A stretch of 64,000 nt of DNA from Sedimentisphaerales bacterium (GTDB taxonomy: Bacteria; Planctomycetota; Phycisphaerae; Sedimentisphaerales; Anaerobacaceae). The notes under the pieces were generated by a model. It had not been told where the DNA came from and searched no databases. It worked only from the letters and a program-made list of their open reading frames with translations. The stretch spans positions 352,001 to 416,000 of the forward strand of contig JAXGYC010000010.1 in the NCBI GenBank assembly GCA_040772485.1. Direction: 5' to 3'. The stretch's first letter is position 1. Each line of letters starts with the position of its first letter. Of this stretch, positions 9,218 to 20,367 are shown piece after piece. The position numbers were made by a program, and so were the translations under genes.

Positions 9218-10017
9218 CCCAAATCGGCGGAGCGGACGCTGGCGAGGAACCGCCCGTTGCTCCTGATCACCTCGATATGACAGCCGAACAGCGCCGTCAG
9301 GTGGGCCGAAGTCAGCAGATCGTCGGGTGTGCCCTGGCCGACGACCCGGCCGCCCTTCATCAACACGATCCGGCCAACCGCAGCCGGCAGCTCGTCCAGA
9401 TGGTGCGAGACGATCACCACCGTCGGCGGCCGGCTCCGCGCCAGCAGCCGGTCGAGGACAGCGACACAGGCCGCACGCGAACCGATGTCCAATCCTACCG
9501 TCGGCTCGTCGAGAAGCAAGATCTTCGCGTTCGAGACCATCGCCCGGGCCAGAAGCGTCTTCATCTGCTCGCCGGAAGACAGGTCGCCGTAGGCCCGCTC
9601 GCCGATCTCACTGAGGCCGACCGACGCCATCTCCTCGTCCACGCGATGCCACTGGCTGTCTGTCGCGCCGCGATGTGGAGGCAACACGATCGTCCCGAAC
9701 AGCCCCGTGGCCACAACGTCGCGCACACACATCCGGTCGTCGAACTTTGGCGCCCGCGAAGGCTCGATCAATCCGATCTGGCGGCGGACATCGGCGAGGT
9801 TGACTCGCCCATAGGTGCGTCCGTCCACGCTGACGACGCCCGTCGAAGGCCAGAGGTAGCCGGCCAGCACCGCCATCAGCGCCGATTTGCCCGATCCGTT
9901 AGGCCCGAGGATCGCACAGCAACTGCCCGCTTCGACACTCAGGCTGATCTCGGCGAGAATGGCGTTGCCCTTTCGGGTGACCCCGACGTTCTTCAGTTCT
10001 ATCGCGTTGCGACTCAA
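9214..10017 (-). CDS. ABC transporter ATP-binding protein (ModF/iron-complex-like)
   Basis: Walker A GPNGSGKS, signature LSSGE, Walker B LLLDEP, H-loop VSHH. Confidence 0.9.
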   Translation of the reverse strand: MSRNAIELKNVGVTRKGNAILAEISLSVEAGSCCAILGPNGSGKSALMAVLAGYLWPSTGVVSVDGRTYGRVNLADVRRQIGLIEPSRAPKFDDRMCVRDVVATGLFGTIVLPPHRGATDSQWHRVDEEMASVGLSEIGERAYGDLSSGEQMKTLLARAMVSNAKILLLDEPTVGLDIGSRAACVAVLDRLLARSRPPTVVIVSHHLDELPAAVGRIVLMKGGRVVGQGTPDDLLTSAHLTALFGCHIEVIRSNGRFLASVRSADLG

Positions 10018-10036
10018 AGCCAGACCCAGGCCACCG

Positions 10037-10903
10037 TCAGCCAGCCCTCCGGAACGTGTCGATCAGCGATGCGAGCTTGCCGGCGTCCACGTCCCGTTCG
10101 CAGAGGGGACGCTCGTCATCACGATACATCTGCGTGTTCTCTTCGAAGCTGCTCTTGGGATTGACGTAGAAGACGCCGAGAGGCAGCCGGTCGGTTTCCG
10201 TCGCCTTGGCGAAGGCCGCTATGCGGTCCGACGGATCGTGCGAATCGTCCAGGTAGTACACGTGGTCCTTGAACCACTGGTACGTGTTGAGCTTGTTGAA
10301 CGTCACGCACGGCTGGAAGATGTCCACCAGCGCGTAGCCCTTGTGCCGGATGGCCCGTTTGAGGATCTCTCTGGTCTGCTCGCGGTCGCCCGAGTTGGCC
10401 CGTGCGACGAAACTGGCATCGAGGGCGATGGCCACCGCCAGCGGATTGAACGGTTCGAGAATCACGCCGGCGACCTGGACGGGCGTCTTGAATCCGCGCC
10501 GGCTCGTGGGCGACGCCTGGCCCTTCGTCAGGCCGTAGACCATGTTGTCGTGGACGATGTTGGTGATGTCGGGGTTGCGGCGGATGCAATGGATGAAATG
10601 GTTGCCGCCCTCGCCGTACATGTCCCCATCGCCGCTCTCGGCGATCACCGTCAGCTTGGGATTCACGACCTTGATTGCAGTGGCCGGTGGCAGCGCCCGG
10701 CCGTGCAGGCCGTTGAAGAAATGGCACTTGAGATAGTGCGGAATCTTGGCCGCCTGCCCGATCCCAGAGACCATTACGAGCTGCCTCGGGTCGATCTGAA
10801 GCTCCGCAAGCGCCTCCTTCAGCGTCTTGAGGATGGGGTAGTTGCCGCATCCCGGACACCAGGCAATGTCGATGTCACTCATCTCGAATATATCCGTCGC
10901 CAT
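10037..10903 (-). CDS. korB: 2-oxoacid:ferredoxin oxidoreductase beta subunit
   Basis: [16 protein letters not shown]-binding [18 protein letters not shown] and QPCVTFN motifs. Confidence 0.92.
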   Translation of the reverse strand: MATDIFEMSDIDIAWCPGCGNYPILKTLKEALAELQIDPRQLVMVSGIGQAAKIPHYLKCHFFNGLHGRALPPATAIKVVNPKLTVIAESGDGDMYGEGGNHFIHCIRRNPDITNIVHDNMVYGLTKGQASPTSRRGFKTPVQVAGVILEPFNPLAVAIALDASFVARANSGDREQTREILKRAIRHKGYALVDIFQPCVTFNKLNTYQWFKDHVYYLDDSHDPSDRIAAFAKATETDRLPLGVFYVNPKSSFEENTQMYRDDERPLCERDVDAGKLASLIDTFRRAG

Positions 10904-10947
10904 TCGGCACCCCACGAGATTGATTATCGATGATTGATGATTGACTA

Positions 10948-12678
10948 TTACCGATTGACAATTTCGGTGAGTCCTTCGACCACGTCTTCGACCGTAAAGC
11001 CGAGGCCATCGTACTTGACCAGGGCCTCGTCCACGTCCACGCCCGCGTGCAGCCGGATCAGCTTGCGGAACTGCCCCGTCGCGTTGCCCTCGACCACGAC
11101 GGTCTTGCGGGCCTTGCGGATGAGGTCGGCCGTGCTCGGGTGCAGCGGGTACACCTGGCTGTAATGCAGCATCGCGGTGTCGGTCCGGCCCAGCTCGGCC
11201 AGAGCCTCGTGGACGATGTGGTAGGTCGAGCCCCAGCAGATCACGAGTTTCTTGTAGTTCTTCGGCCCGATCAGCTCAGGTCGAGCGATCTCCTTCTTGA
11301 GCGCTTCGCCCCTGGCCAGGCGTTTGTCGACCATGGCCACGCGCACGTTGAGGTCTTCGGTGATGTGGCCTTCCTCATCGTGCTCGTCGCTGTCGACCGC
11401 AACCAGCCCCTCGCCATATCCCGGGATGCCGCGAGGAGAAATCCCGTTCTTCGTCAGCTCGTAGCGGCGGTAGTCCCGCGTGGTCTTGACGATGTGCCTT
11501 TCGGCCTTCGTCTTCGACAGATCAAACCCTTTGAAGTTGTAGTAGGAATCGATCAGATACTCGTCGGTCAGGATGAACGCGGGGACCTGGTACTTGTCGG
11601 CGAGGTTGAACGCCCTCTGCGTCAGATAGAAGGCCTGTTCGAGCGTCCCGGGCGCGAAGAGGATTCGCGGGAACTCACCATGCCCGGCGTAGAGGGCCAG
11701 TTCGAGGTCCGCCTGCTCCGTCCGCGTGGGCAGGCCCGTGGCTGGTCCCGGCCGCTGGGCCAGGTGGATCACCACAGGACATTCGAGCATCCCCGCCAGG
11801 CTCACGCCCTCGGTCATCAGGGCAAAGCCACCGCCGGACGTGGTCACCATGGCGCGGGCGCCGGCGTACGAGGCGCCGATCGCCATGTTGATCGCCGCGA
11901 TCTCATCCTCCGCCTGCTCGGCCAGGACGCCCTGTTCGAGACCATGCTGGGCGAGATAGGTCAACACGCCGGTCGAAGGGGACATCGGATAGGACGACAC
12001 AAAATTGCAGCCGCCGGCGATCGCGCCGAGGCCGACCGCTTCAGCGCCGCTGAGCAGCATCTCGTCCGCGACCTTGGGGCTCGGTTTGAAGGTCAGCTTC
12101 AGCCCATCCGGGACATCGAGCTTGCCGACTGCATCGTAGCCGGCCTGCACCGCCTTGACGTTGTTGGCGACGATGTCCTCGGACTTTCTCGCGAAGAACC
12201 GCCGGACGTAGGCGACCACCGCGTCCGGATCGAGCCCGAGCAGGCCCGCGATCGCGCCGACCGCCACCACGTTCGAGTAGATCTTGCCGCCGATGTCCGA
12301 AGCAATCTGGGTAAACGGGACGGCCAGGAATCGATGCGATTCGATGTCCTCGTCGCCGACCACCTCGCGCTCACCGACGAGCACTGTTTCCGACGAGAGC
12401 CTTTCGGCCACGTGGGCAACGGCGCCCTTGTTCAGGGGCACGAGAATGTCCATGCGGCTGACCGGCGCCGCGACGCGATTGCCGCAGACGCGGATCGTCG
12501 TCGAGTTGGCGCCGCCCCGCACGCGGGACATGTACTCCTTCGTGGCGAAAACGTGGCAGCCGGCGGCCTTCAGGATGCGCGTCAACAGGTGCTCGACCGT
12601 CTGCACGCCCTGCCCTGCCTGCCCGCACAGGACGATCGAAACGTCCTGCTTCTTCACTGCCTGCTGCGTAGCCCTCAT
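10948..12678 (-). CDS. korA: 2-oxoacid:acceptor oxidoreductase alpha (gamma-alpha fused) subunit
   Basis: [40 protein letters not shown] and [11 protein letters not shown] motifs. Confidence 0.92.
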   Translation of the reverse strand: MRATQQAVKKQDVSIVLCGQAGQGVQTVEHLLTRILKAAGCHVFATKEYMSRVRGGANSTTIRVCGNRVAAPVSRMDILVPLNKGAVAHVAERLSSETVLVGEREVVGDEDIESHRFLAVPFTQIASDIGGKIYSNVVAVGAIAGLLGLDPDAVVAYVRRFFARKSEDIVANNVKAVQAGYDAVGKLDVPDGLKLTFKPSPKVADEMLLSGAEAVGLGAIAGGCNFVSSYPMSPSTGVLTYLAQHGLEQGVLAEQAEDEIAAINMAIGASYAGARAMVTTSGGGFALMTEGVSLAGMLECPVVIHLAQRPGPATGLPTRTEQADLELALYAGHGEFPRILFAPGTLEQAFYLTQRAFNLADKYQVPAFILTDEYLIDSYYNFKGFDLSKTKAERHIVKTTRDYRRYELTKNGISPRGIPGYGEGLVAVDSDEHDEEGHITEDLNVRVAMVDKRLARGEALKKEIARPELIGPKNYKKLVICWGSTYHIVHEALAELGRTDTAMLHYSQVYPLHPSTADLIRKARKTVVVEGNATGQFRKLIRLHAGVDVDEALVKYDGLGFTVEDVVEGLTEIVNR

Positions 12679-12770
12679 TCAGTCATCCTCGATTCGTCGG
12701 ACTTCGTCGCCTGTCGAGATCGCATTCCACCTGCCTTGCCCATGCGCACGGGCTGAGCATTGCCAGCGGT

Positions 12771-12798
12771 ATTATGATGCACGACCCGACAGTGTCAA
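12771..12798 (-). promoter_or_regulatory. sigma70 promoter of the korA operon
   Basis: Minus strand TTGACA, 16 nt, CATAAT, about 90 nt upstream of the start. Confidence 0.6.
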
Positions 12799-12802
12799 CG
12801 GT

Positions 12803-14911
12803 TCAGTGTTTCGGGCCAATCGACAGGAGGATTTCCCGCAAATCCTGTGGGTTCGTCACCGGTCGCCGGCAGGCGCGATCGCGGCAAACGTAGGCGGCGG
12901 CGTGTCCGTCAATCGGCCCCAGACCGGTCACGAAGGGAGCCACCTCTTCGACGGCCCGGCCCTCAGGGCCGAACGGGCGGACCAGGAGCACGGCGTTGGG
13001 CAGGAAATGGCGACGGACTTCGTCCACCAGAGCGTCGGTCTCGGCCGGCTGCGCCGAGGCGGCGATGACGATTTCCTGGCTCGGTCCCAGCGCGAAGCTC
13101 AGCGCCGTTGCCATCGCCGCCAGTGTGGTCGGCGACTCGACCATGGAGATGGAGAAGGCATCCAGCACCCGTTGAGCGTGCGTGGCATAGCGTTCCTCGC
13201 CGGTGAGCTCTGCCAGACGCAGCAGCGTCATGGCGGCGGCGGAATTGCCGCTGGGGACGGCGCCGTCATAGGATGGTTTGTCGCGTACGATCAGGCGTTC
13301 GCCGTCGCGACCGGCCAGGAAGAACCCGCCGGACCGGCTGTCGCCGAAGAGATCGATCATCCGGTCGGCCAGGTCTGCGGCTTCGCGCAGCCACCGGGCA
13401 TCGAACGTCGCCTGATACAGCTCGACCAGACCGCCGATCAGATATGCATAGTCGTCGAGGAACCCCTTTTCGACGGCCCGCCCGCCTCGGAAGTAGCGCA
13501 TCAGCCGGCCTTTCACGAGGAGCGAATCGAGCACGAAACGGGCTGCTCTCTCGGCCGCCGTCACGTATCGCAGCTCGCCCAGCACGGCGCCGCCATAGGC
13601 CATCGCGGAAATCATCAATCCGTTCCAGCCCGCGATGATCTTGTCGTCCCGGCCAGGACGCGGTCTTGTGTTTCGGTGTTGGCGAAGCTTCTGGCGAGCG
13701 CCGGCCAGTTCGCCTTCGATCTCCGTCAATACGTCCGCCGGCTCGTCGCCGGCCTTCGCACGCCGGCGAGCAAGGTGCAGGATGCTCGTTCCGTTCTCGA
13801 AGTTGCCTTTCTTCGTGATCCCGTAGCATTCGCAGAAGAGCCCGGCCTGTCGCTGCGGCAGAATCGACTCAATCTCCGCCTGCGTCCAGACGTAGAAGGC
13901 GCCTTCCTTGCCTTCGCTGTCGGCGTCTTCGGCCGCATAGAACGCGCCGCCCGGGTCGGTCAGGTCGCGCAGCACGTAGTCGAAGATCCCGCGTGCCACC
14001 GATGCGTGGCGTTCGCGGCCCATCGCCTGAAACGCCTGGACAAAGACCTGGCCCAGCAACGCCTGGTCGTACAGCATCTTCTCGAAGTGCGGCACCCGCC
14101 ATTGCCGGTCGGTCGCATAGCGGTGGAACCCGCCGCCCAGGTGGTCGTGGATGCCGCCGGCGGCCATGGCGTCCAGCGTTTCAGTGACCATCCGCAAGGC
14201 CCCCTCCTCGCCCGTGCGGTGCGCGTAGCTCAACAGAAACGCGAGCGTGCCGGGCTGCGGGAACTTGGGGGCGTCGCCGAACCCGCCGTGTGACTCGTCA
14301 AAGGAGCGGGACAATGCGACGAAGGCGCTCTGGGGAACGTCCGCTGTTCGTGCGGCGGCGGCGATCTTCGGCGAACCGGTCACCTCCAGTTTCACAAGCG
14401 AATCGGTGACTTTCTTCGCCGATTCGAGCAAATCGCGTCGCTTGTCGCGCCAAGCCTGAGCGATGGCCAGAAGCACCTGCTGGAAACTGGGCCGGCCGTA
14501 CATGCTGGTCGGCGGAAAGTAGGTCCCGCCATAGAAGGGCCTGCCCTGCGGCGTCAGGAACACCGAGAGCGGCCAGCCACCCGAACCGGTCATCACCTGG
14601 ACCGCCTTCATGTAGGTCTCGTCGACGTCGGGCCGCTCCTCGCGATCCACCTTGACGCAGACGAAGTGGTTGTTGAGCAGGGCCGCGGTTGCCTCGTCTT
14701 CGAAGCTCTCGCGCTCCATGACGTGACACCAGTGGCAGGTCGAGTAGCCGATCGACAGGAACACCGGCTTGTCCCGGCGGAGAGCGCACGCGAAAGCCTC
14801 ATCCCCCCACGGGTGCCAGTCCACGGGGTTGGACGCATGCTGGAGTAAGTACGGACTGCTCTGGTGAGCCAGCCGATTGCCACCTCCGGCGGCGCTCAGT
14901 CCTGCGGTCAT
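12803..14911 (-). CDS. Thioredoxin-domain protein, YyaL/DUF255 (SSP411-like)
   Basis: [45 protein letters not shown] and PHFEKMLYD motifs. Confidence 0.92.
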   Translation of the reverse strand: MTAGLSAAGGGNRLAHQSSPYLLQHASNPVDWHPWGDEAFACALRRDKPVFLSIGYSTCHWCHVMERESFEDEATAALLNNHFVCVKVDREERPDVDETYMKAVQVMTGSGGWPLSVFLTPQGRPFYGGTYFPPTSMYGRPSFQQVLLAIAQAWRDKRRDLLESAKKVTDSLVKLEVTGSPKIAAAARTADVPQSAFVALSRSFDESHGGFGDAPKFPQPGTLAFLLSYAHRTGEEGALRMVTETLDAMAAGGIHDHLGGGFHRYATDRQWRVPHFEKMLYDQALLGQVFVQAFQAMGRERHASVARGIFDYVLRDLTDPGGAFYAAEDADSEGKEGAFYVWTQAEIESILPQRQAGLFCECYGITKKGNFENGTSILHLARRRAKAGDEPADVLTEIEGELAGARQKLRQHRNTRPRPGRDDKIIAGWNGLMISAMAYGGAVLGELRYVTAAERAARFVLDSLLVKGRLMRYFRGGRAVEKGFLDDYAYLIGGLVELYQATFDARWLREAADLADRMIDLFGDSRSGGFFLAGRDGERLIVRDKPSYDGAVPSGNSAAAMTLLRLAELTGEERYATHAQRVLDAFSISMVESPTTLAAMATALSFALGPSQEIVIAASAQPAETDALVDEVRRHFLPNAVLLVRPFGPEGRAVEEVAPFVTGLGPIDGHAAAYVCRDRACRRPVTNPQDLREILLSIGPKH

Positions 14912-14932
14912 GGACGCCCCCCTGTGCTACCG

Positions 14933-15424
14933 TTACATGGTCTGTTCCAGCGACTGAACGAGGATGCGGACGTGCTTCATCTCCTCCTGAATCACCTCGT
15001 CCAACGTCCTGCGGTCAACCTCCTGCGGCACGAAGTCCTTCAGGCCGGTGTAGTAAACGATCGAATCCTTCTCCTTCTCGATGGCCATCCTCAGGACGTC
15101 GGCCCTGCTCTCGTCGCCGGTCAACTCCTGGCCCGGATCGGGCTGGATCCCGAAGACCGCCAGCCCCGCCAATGCCCTCGCATCAGGCCCGTCGAGCCGA
15201 TCCGGACGCAAATCTCCGAGCTGCCAGTGCTGGCTCGCCAGCCGCTCGCGCATCTGCCGGAACACCTCGATGTGCTTGCTCTCCCACTGGGCCAGTTGGA
15301 CAAACAGCGTGCTGATGCCCGCATCATTGCACAGACCCGCCGCCCGGCGGTAGAACTTCACCCCGTTTCGCTCGATCTTCTCGGCGATTTCGAGCACCTC
15401 ATAACCGCTCATTTCCACGTCCAT
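14933..15424 (-). CDS. Rubrerythrin/ferritin-like diiron protein
   Basis: Two repeats of A..E....FY....E.KH. Start chosen by GGGAG spacing. Confidence 0.85.
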   Translation of the reverse strand: MDVEMSGYEVLEIAEKIERNGVKFYRRAAGLCNDAGISTLFVQLAQWESKHIEVFRQMRERLASQHWQLGDLRPDRLDGPDARALAGLAVFGIQPDPGQELTGDESRADVLRMAIEKEKDSIVYYTGLKDFVPQEVDRRTLDEVIQEEMKHVRILVQSLEQTM

Positions 15425-15587
15425 CGGCATGACTCCCACGTCCGAATCGATCCCGGCCTCCGACAAGACTTCGCAGCGCCGGCCATTCTGTCACCTCTCT
15501 ATAGGCCGCTAAAGCGCTCTCGGTTCAGAAATGCGCGGGTTACCTCTGGTCGAATCGCCCCCAATACGGTAGAGTATCGATATCACT

Positions 15588-18170
15588 ATGGACGAGATTC
15601 GGAGAAGGTTGGCCCTCATCGAGACGCAGCTCAGCCGGCAGAGTCTCCACACGCGGCTGATTGACACGGCGGGTCTGTTCTTCCCGGCTGTCGGCCTCAT
15701 GGCAGGGATTGTCGCCCAGCACGTGATCGCGACGTCGTTCGGACCGGCCGATTCGCCGCAGCGGCCGTGGCCACAGATCGCTGTGCCGGTTCTCATGGCG
15801 GCCGCCCTCTGCGTCGTGATGGCCTGCACAGTCCGGCGTCTGCGGCCTTCCGTCGCGGCGTGGGGCGCCCTGCTCTGCTTCATGGGACTCGGGGCCATCC
15901 GCCTGAGCGTCTATCAGACGGCTGCCGGCGACGACATCCGTCACTTCGTCGGCACCGAGCGGGTTCTGGCAACCGTGCGCGGGCGCATTGTCACGCGGCC
16001 CCTCAGCATCCGGGCGGACTGGTGCTTCGCGGAGCTGACGTTCACCGATCCGCCCACGGCATTCCATGTGAGACTGGATCGGGTCAAGACCGGCGGCGGC
16101 TGGGTCGATGCGAGCGGCGTCGTGCGGATGCAGATCGACGAGCCAACGCTGAATCTGAAGATCGGCGACACCATCCAGGCCTATTGCTGGCTGTATCGAT
16201 TCGAGGTGCCGAGGAATCCGGGGCAGTTCGATCTGGCCGCACACCTGGCGCGGAGCAATATCTACGTCGGCGCCTCGGTCCCCTCGGGCGATGCGATCGA
16301 GAGGCGCCGGACCGCTGGCGTGAACCCGTTCGCCCGTCTGCGCACGCGATTGGGTGAAGGCGCGTCAGCGGCGCTGCTGTGCGGCGCAGCATCGGTGGAA
16401 GACCCCCACGGCTTGGCGGAGGCTCTGCTGCTGGGCAACCGGGAGCGAATCGACCGGCAGACGTATGAGGCCTTTCGCCGGACGGGATTGCTCCATCTGG
16501 TCAGCCTCTCCGGCATGCACCTGGGCATCTTCGCCGGTATGATCTGGTGGCTGGGAAAGACCGCCGGCTTGATGAAGCCGGGGCGCGCCGTTCTGTGCGC
16601 TGTCGCCGTGGCAGCGTTCCTGCTGACAGTCCCGGCGCGGGCGCCCACCGTTCGCGCCGCCCTCATCGTGTGGGCCTTCTGTGCCTCGGTCCTGGCGCGC
16701 CGCCGCACAAGCGTCCTCAATGCGTTGTGTCTGGCGGCGATCGTCCTGCTGCTGATCCGGCCGACTCAGTTGTTCGAGGCGGGCTGGCAATTGTCGTTTG
16801 CCGCTGTGGCGGGAATCCTGGCGCTGACCAGTCCCATCGAACGCGCCTTCCATGACCTCACGCGCGGCTGGTTCCACTGGCAGGACCTGTCGGCGAGTCT
16901 GGCGGTGTATGCGGTCAAGCGCGTCGGCAGCGGCACCGTCCGACTGCTCGCGGCGGGCCTGGGCGCCTGGATCGGCGGCGCCGGCATTCTGCTGTACCAT
17001 TTCTGGACGATCACGCCGCTGGCCAGTCTCTGGACGGTGCTGGTCTTTCCTCTGGTGCAGGCGATCCTGACGGCAGGCTTCGTGAAGATTGCGGCGTTCG
17101 TCCTGTTGCCCAGCCTGGGCGCCGTCCTGGGAATGCTTCTGACGGTCTGCACGGACTGGCTCGCCGGCATCGTGACGCTCCTGGGCCGGCTGGACGCCAA
17201 CACGATCGTCATCGGTCGCGTCACGATTGGCCTGGTCGTCGCCTACTACGGGCTGGTGCTCCTCGCCCGCTTCGGACGCCTCGGCCGCACCCGTCTGAAG
17301 CCCATCCTGTGCGTCGCCCTGGCTGTTGTCGTGCTCGCCTGGATCGGCACGATCAAGTGGAGCCGCACCCACCGAGACCATCTGCAAATGACCTGCCTGG
17401 ACGTGGGGCACGGCCAGGCGATCGTCGTTCAACTGCCCGGCGCCAAGACGATGCTCTTCGACGCCGGCTCGATGTACCACCGGGACATCGGATCGCGCAT
17501 CGTAATGCCCTTCCTCAACTCCGTGGGCATCGCGGAACTCGAAGCCATCATCGTCAGCCACGGCGACGTCGACCACGTCAACGGAATCCCCGAGATCGTG
17601 GATGGCTGCACGGTCCGTCACGTGTATGCCGGCGAGGGGTTCGGCGTCCCGCCCCCAAGCGACCCGACGGCGGACCTGCTGACCGAATCCCTGCGTCACA
17701 GGGGGCATCCGATAGAGCCCCTGCCACCCCTTCTCGACACCGGACAAGCCACGATTCGCACGCTCTGGCCTCCCGACGACCCTTGCGACACACGCGAACT
17801 GAGCGACAACGACCGTTCGCTGGTCCTGCTGATCGATTTCGGGGGCGTGGAGATTCTCCTGTGCTCAGACATCGAGGAATTTGCCCAGGAGCAGATTCGG
17901 GTCCGATATCCCGAGCTGACCGCCGATATCGTGGTCGTTCCCCACCACGGCTCGACGACGACGCGGGACGAAGCGTTCCTGGAAAAGCTCGGGCCCCAGG
18001 TAGAGATTCGCAGTTGCGACCGAAAGCAGTACGCCCGCAGAGGCCATTCGGCCGAAGAAGAAAATGTCGGCGGATTCGCAACCGCTCGGAACGGCGCGGT
18101 TCGTGTTTGCGTAGATAGAAGCGGTATGGTATCAACGACCGTTCACATTCCGCGTTTAGAAGGAGAATAG
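15588..18170 (+). CDS. comEC: DNA internalization competence protein ComEC/Rec2
   Basis: OB domain (RNPGQFD), competence domain (GLLHLVSLSGMHL, GWQLSF) and metallo-beta-lactamase domain (DVGHG, SHGDVDH, PHHGS). Confidence 0.92.
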   Translation: MDEIRRRLALIETQLSRQSLHTRLIDTAGLFFPAVGLMAGIVAQHVIATSFGPADSPQRPWPQIAVPVLMAAALCVVMACTVRRLRPSVAAWGALLCFMGLGAIRLSVYQTAAGDDIRHFVGTERVLATVRGRIVTRPLSIRADWCFAELTFTDPPTAFHVRLDRVKTGGGWVDASGVVRMQIDEPTLNLKIGDTIQAYCWLYRFEVPRNPGQFDLAAHLARSNIYVGASVPSGDAIERRRTAGVNPFARLRTRLGEGASAALLCGAASVEDPHGLAEALLLGNRERIDRQTYEAFRRTGLLHLVSLSGMHLGIFAGMIWWLGKTAGLMKPGRAVLCAVAVAAFLLTVPARAPTVRAALIVWAFCASVLARRRTSVLNALCLAAIVLLLIRPTQLFEAGWQLSFAAVAGILALTSPIERAFHDLTRGWFHWQDLSASLAVYAVKRVGSGTVRLLAAGLGAWIGGAGILLYHFWTITPLASLWTVLVFPLVQAILTAGFVKIAAFVLLPSLGAVLGMLLTVCTDWLAGIVTLLGRLDANTIVIGRVTIGLVVAYYGLVLLARFGRLGRTRLKPILCVALAVVVLAWIGTIKWSRTHRDHLQMTCLDVGHGQAIVVQLPGAKTMLFDAGSMYHRDIGSRIVMPFLNSVGIAELEAIIVSHGDVDHVNGIPEIVDGCTVRHVYAGEGFGVPPPSDPTADLLTESLRHRGHPIEPLPPLLDTGQATIRTLWPPDDPCDTRELSDNDRSLVLLIDFGGVEILLCSDIEEFAQEQIRVRYPELTADIVVVPHHGSTTTRDEAFLEKLGPQVEIRSCDRKQYARRGHSAEEENVGGFATARNGAVRVCVDRSGMVSTTVHIPRLEGE

Positions 18171-18174
18171 GCCA

Positions 18175-19416
18175 ATGACGAATCGTCGCCGCATGGGGAC
18201 AGCCACCACCCTGATGATCACCTTCGTAGTCCTGTCCTGGACGACTCTGTCATCGGCGGAGGTCTTCAACTATCCGACCCCTCAAACGGACCCGAACGAT
18301 ATCAGCTTTTACCAGGCGCCGGCCAAGATGCAGTCGTATCGGGCCGGAGCCGCGCAGGTCCGAAACGTCATCCTCTGCATCGGCGACGGCATGGGCCTGA
18401 GCCAGGTGACCCTGGCGCGCATGAAGGCGATCGGCGCCGAGGGCAAAATCCACATGCAGCGTCTGCCGGTCCATGGGCTGATTTCCACCCACTCGGCCAA
18501 CCGGCTGGTGACGGACTCGGCGGCGGGAGGAACCGCCCTGGCTTGCGGCATCAAGACCAACAACGGGATGATCGGCATGGCGCCCGAGGAGACGCCCTAT
18601 TACAGCATCCTGGAGGCGGCACAAGCCAAGGGGATGGCGACCGGCCTGGTCGTCACCTGCACGATGTCACACGCGACTCCCGCGTCGTTCGGTTCGCACG
18701 TCAAGAGCCGCAAGATGGAACCCGAGATTGCCGAGCAGTTGATCGGCAATCGGATCAACGTCCTGTTCGGCGGCGGACGCAAGTACTTCCTGCCCAAGTC
18801 GCATTCCGACAGCGGGCGAAAAGACGACAGAGACCTGCTGGCCGAGGCCGAAGACGCCGGATACACCGTCATCGGAACCGCCAATCAGTTGCGATGGGTT
18901 CGCGGGCCTCTCGTGCTGGGTCTGTTCCAGCTCGATGGGTTGACCACGCTGTCGCCGGAACCGATGCTGGCGGAGATGACCAGGAAGGCCATCGACATCC
19001 TCGACGAGACCGCGACGGACTCGCGGAAATACGGCCGGGGCTTCTTCCTCATGGTCGAGGGCAGCCAGATCGACTGGGCCTGCCATGCGAACAATGCCAA
19101 AGCCTGTGCGCGGCAGGTCTTGCTGTTCGATGAGGCGGTTCGCGCGGCGGTCGATTTCGCCGTCGCCGACGGCCGCACCCTGGTGGTCGTCACCGCCGAC
19201 CATGAGACCGGCGGGCTAACCATTCCCGAAGGGAGCCTCAAGGGCGACGAAATCAAGGTGCACTGGTCGACCAAAGGACACAGCGCCTCGCCCGTGCCCG
19301 TATACGCGATCGGACCAAAATCCGAGAAGTTCGGCGGCGTCTACGACAACACGGAGATCCCGCAGAGAATCGCTCAGACGCTGGGAATCAAACCGTTTCC
19401 GCAGGCCAGGAAATGA
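18175..19416 (+). CDS. phoA: Alkaline phosphatase (PhoA family), secreted
   Basis: Signal peptide; IGDGMG, VTDSAA (catalytic Ser), HATPA, VEGSQIDW.CH and TADHETGG motifs. Confidence 0.9.
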   Translation: MTNRRRMGTATTLMITFVVLSWTTLSSAEVFNYPTPQTDPNDISFYQAPAKMQSYRAGAAQVRNVILCIGDGMGLSQVTLARMKAIGAEGKIHMQRLPVHGLISTHSANRLVTDSAAGGTALACGIKTNNGMIGMAPEETPYYSILEAAQAKGMATGLVVTCTMSHATPASFGSHVKSRKMEPEIAEQLIGNRINVLFGGGRKYFLPKSHSDSGRKDDRDLLAEAEDAGYTVIGTANQLRWVRGPLVLGLFQLDGLTTLSPEPMLAEMTRKAIDILDETATDSRKYGRGFFLMVEGSQIDWACHANNAKACARQVLLFDEAVRAAVDFAVADGRTLVVVTADHETGGLTIPEGSLKGDEIKVHWSTKGHSASPVPVYAIGPKSEKFGGVYDNTEIPQRIAQTLGIKPFPQARK

Positions 19417-19619
19417 GCAGCCGACACATCATACGAATGGACGCCACGCACGCGCCTGCCGTTCAAGTGGGTGACAAGGTCCGCAAAGGACAGAATCTGT
19501 GTGCGAGTGAAGCCGAGACTACCTGCATCTGTCCGATCACAGGGACTGTCGCAGAGGTTCGGTTTGACCCGGCGCAGCACGAGTTCGTGGTCACGATAGC
19601 GCCGACCAAGCGGGGCTGA
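19413..19619 (+). CDS. Small barrel-sandwich-hybrid-like (biotinyl/RnfC-N-like) protein
   Basis: P.VQVGDKVRKGQ.L...ICPITGTV pattern; ATGA overlap with the phosphatase gene. Confidence 0.6.
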   Translation: MSSRHIIRMDATHAPAVQVGDKVRKGQNLCASEAETTCICPITGTVAEVRFDPAQHEFVVTIAPTKRG

Positions 19620-19660
19620 GATTCAATGTCCCGCAGGGGCGGGCATTCGAGCACGTCGCT

Positions 19661-20326
19661 CTATCGCATATGGACGACGATCTCGACGCGTCGGTTCTTG
19701 GCCTTGCCGGCAGAGGTGGTGTTCGGCGCGACCGGACGTGCCGGGCCACACCCTGCGGCGCGGACCTGGCCGTCGGGGATGCCTTGGGCCATCAAATAGC
19801 GTGCCACCGAGAGCGCCCGTTCGGCGGACAGCTCCCAGTTGTCTTTCCAGAGGTCCTTGGTCTTGGCGATGGGGTCGGTGTCCGTGTGCCCGACGACGTC
19901 GATCTCCTTGCCGGAGTATTTCGACTTCAGGACGGACAGAATATGGTCAAGCTCGGCGCTCGTGGCGCTCTTCAGCTCGGCCTTGCCCGATTCAAAGAGG
20001 ATCGTATTGGGCAGCGTCACGGTGATCGTCCCGGCCGCCGGATCGAAAGCCACGTCATACCCCTCGCCGAAACCCGTCGCTTGGGCCGGAGTCTGGTTCA
20101 ATTCCTCGATCTGACGACGCAGATTGTCGATCGTCTGCTGGTCCTGGCTGATCTTCTGGGCCAGTTGTTGCTTCTCGTTCTGGAGGTTCTCGAAACGCCC
20201 TTTAAGGTTCTGGTGCTCGACGTTGAGGTAGTCGTACTTCTTCTTGTAATCGGTGCAGCCGGAAACCAGAGACAGCCCTACAACCAACAGCAGCGGGACG
20301 ATCGCTTTGACCTTGACGACGTGCAT
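19661..20326 (-). CDS. OmpA/MotB-family peptidoglycan-binding lipoprotein with coiled coil
   Basis: AAGGAGG SD, lipobox VSGC, coiled coil; LFESG, GHTD, NWELS.ERA.SV and NRRVEI motifs. Confidence 0.88.
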   Translation of the reverse strand: MHVVKVKAIVPLLLVVGLSLVSGCTDYKKKYDYLNVEHQNLKGRFENLQNEKQQLAQKISQDQQTIDNLRRQIEELNQTPAQATGFGEGYDVAFDPAAGTITVTLPNTILFESGKAELKSATSAELDHILSVLKSKYSGKEIDVVGHTDTDPIAKTKDLWKDNWELSAERALSVARYLMAQGIPDGQVRAAGCGPARPVAPNTTSAGKAKNRRVEIVVHMR

Positions 20327-20367
20327 TCGAAACCTCCTTGCAATCCTATGAACGCAACTGTGCCCTC

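Noticed and set aside
10921..10950. Short TGAT-rich tandem repeat between korA and korB; similar CTGGAGGC(C/T)GTAGG doublet near 44505
   Set aside because: Too short and degenerate to assign a function.
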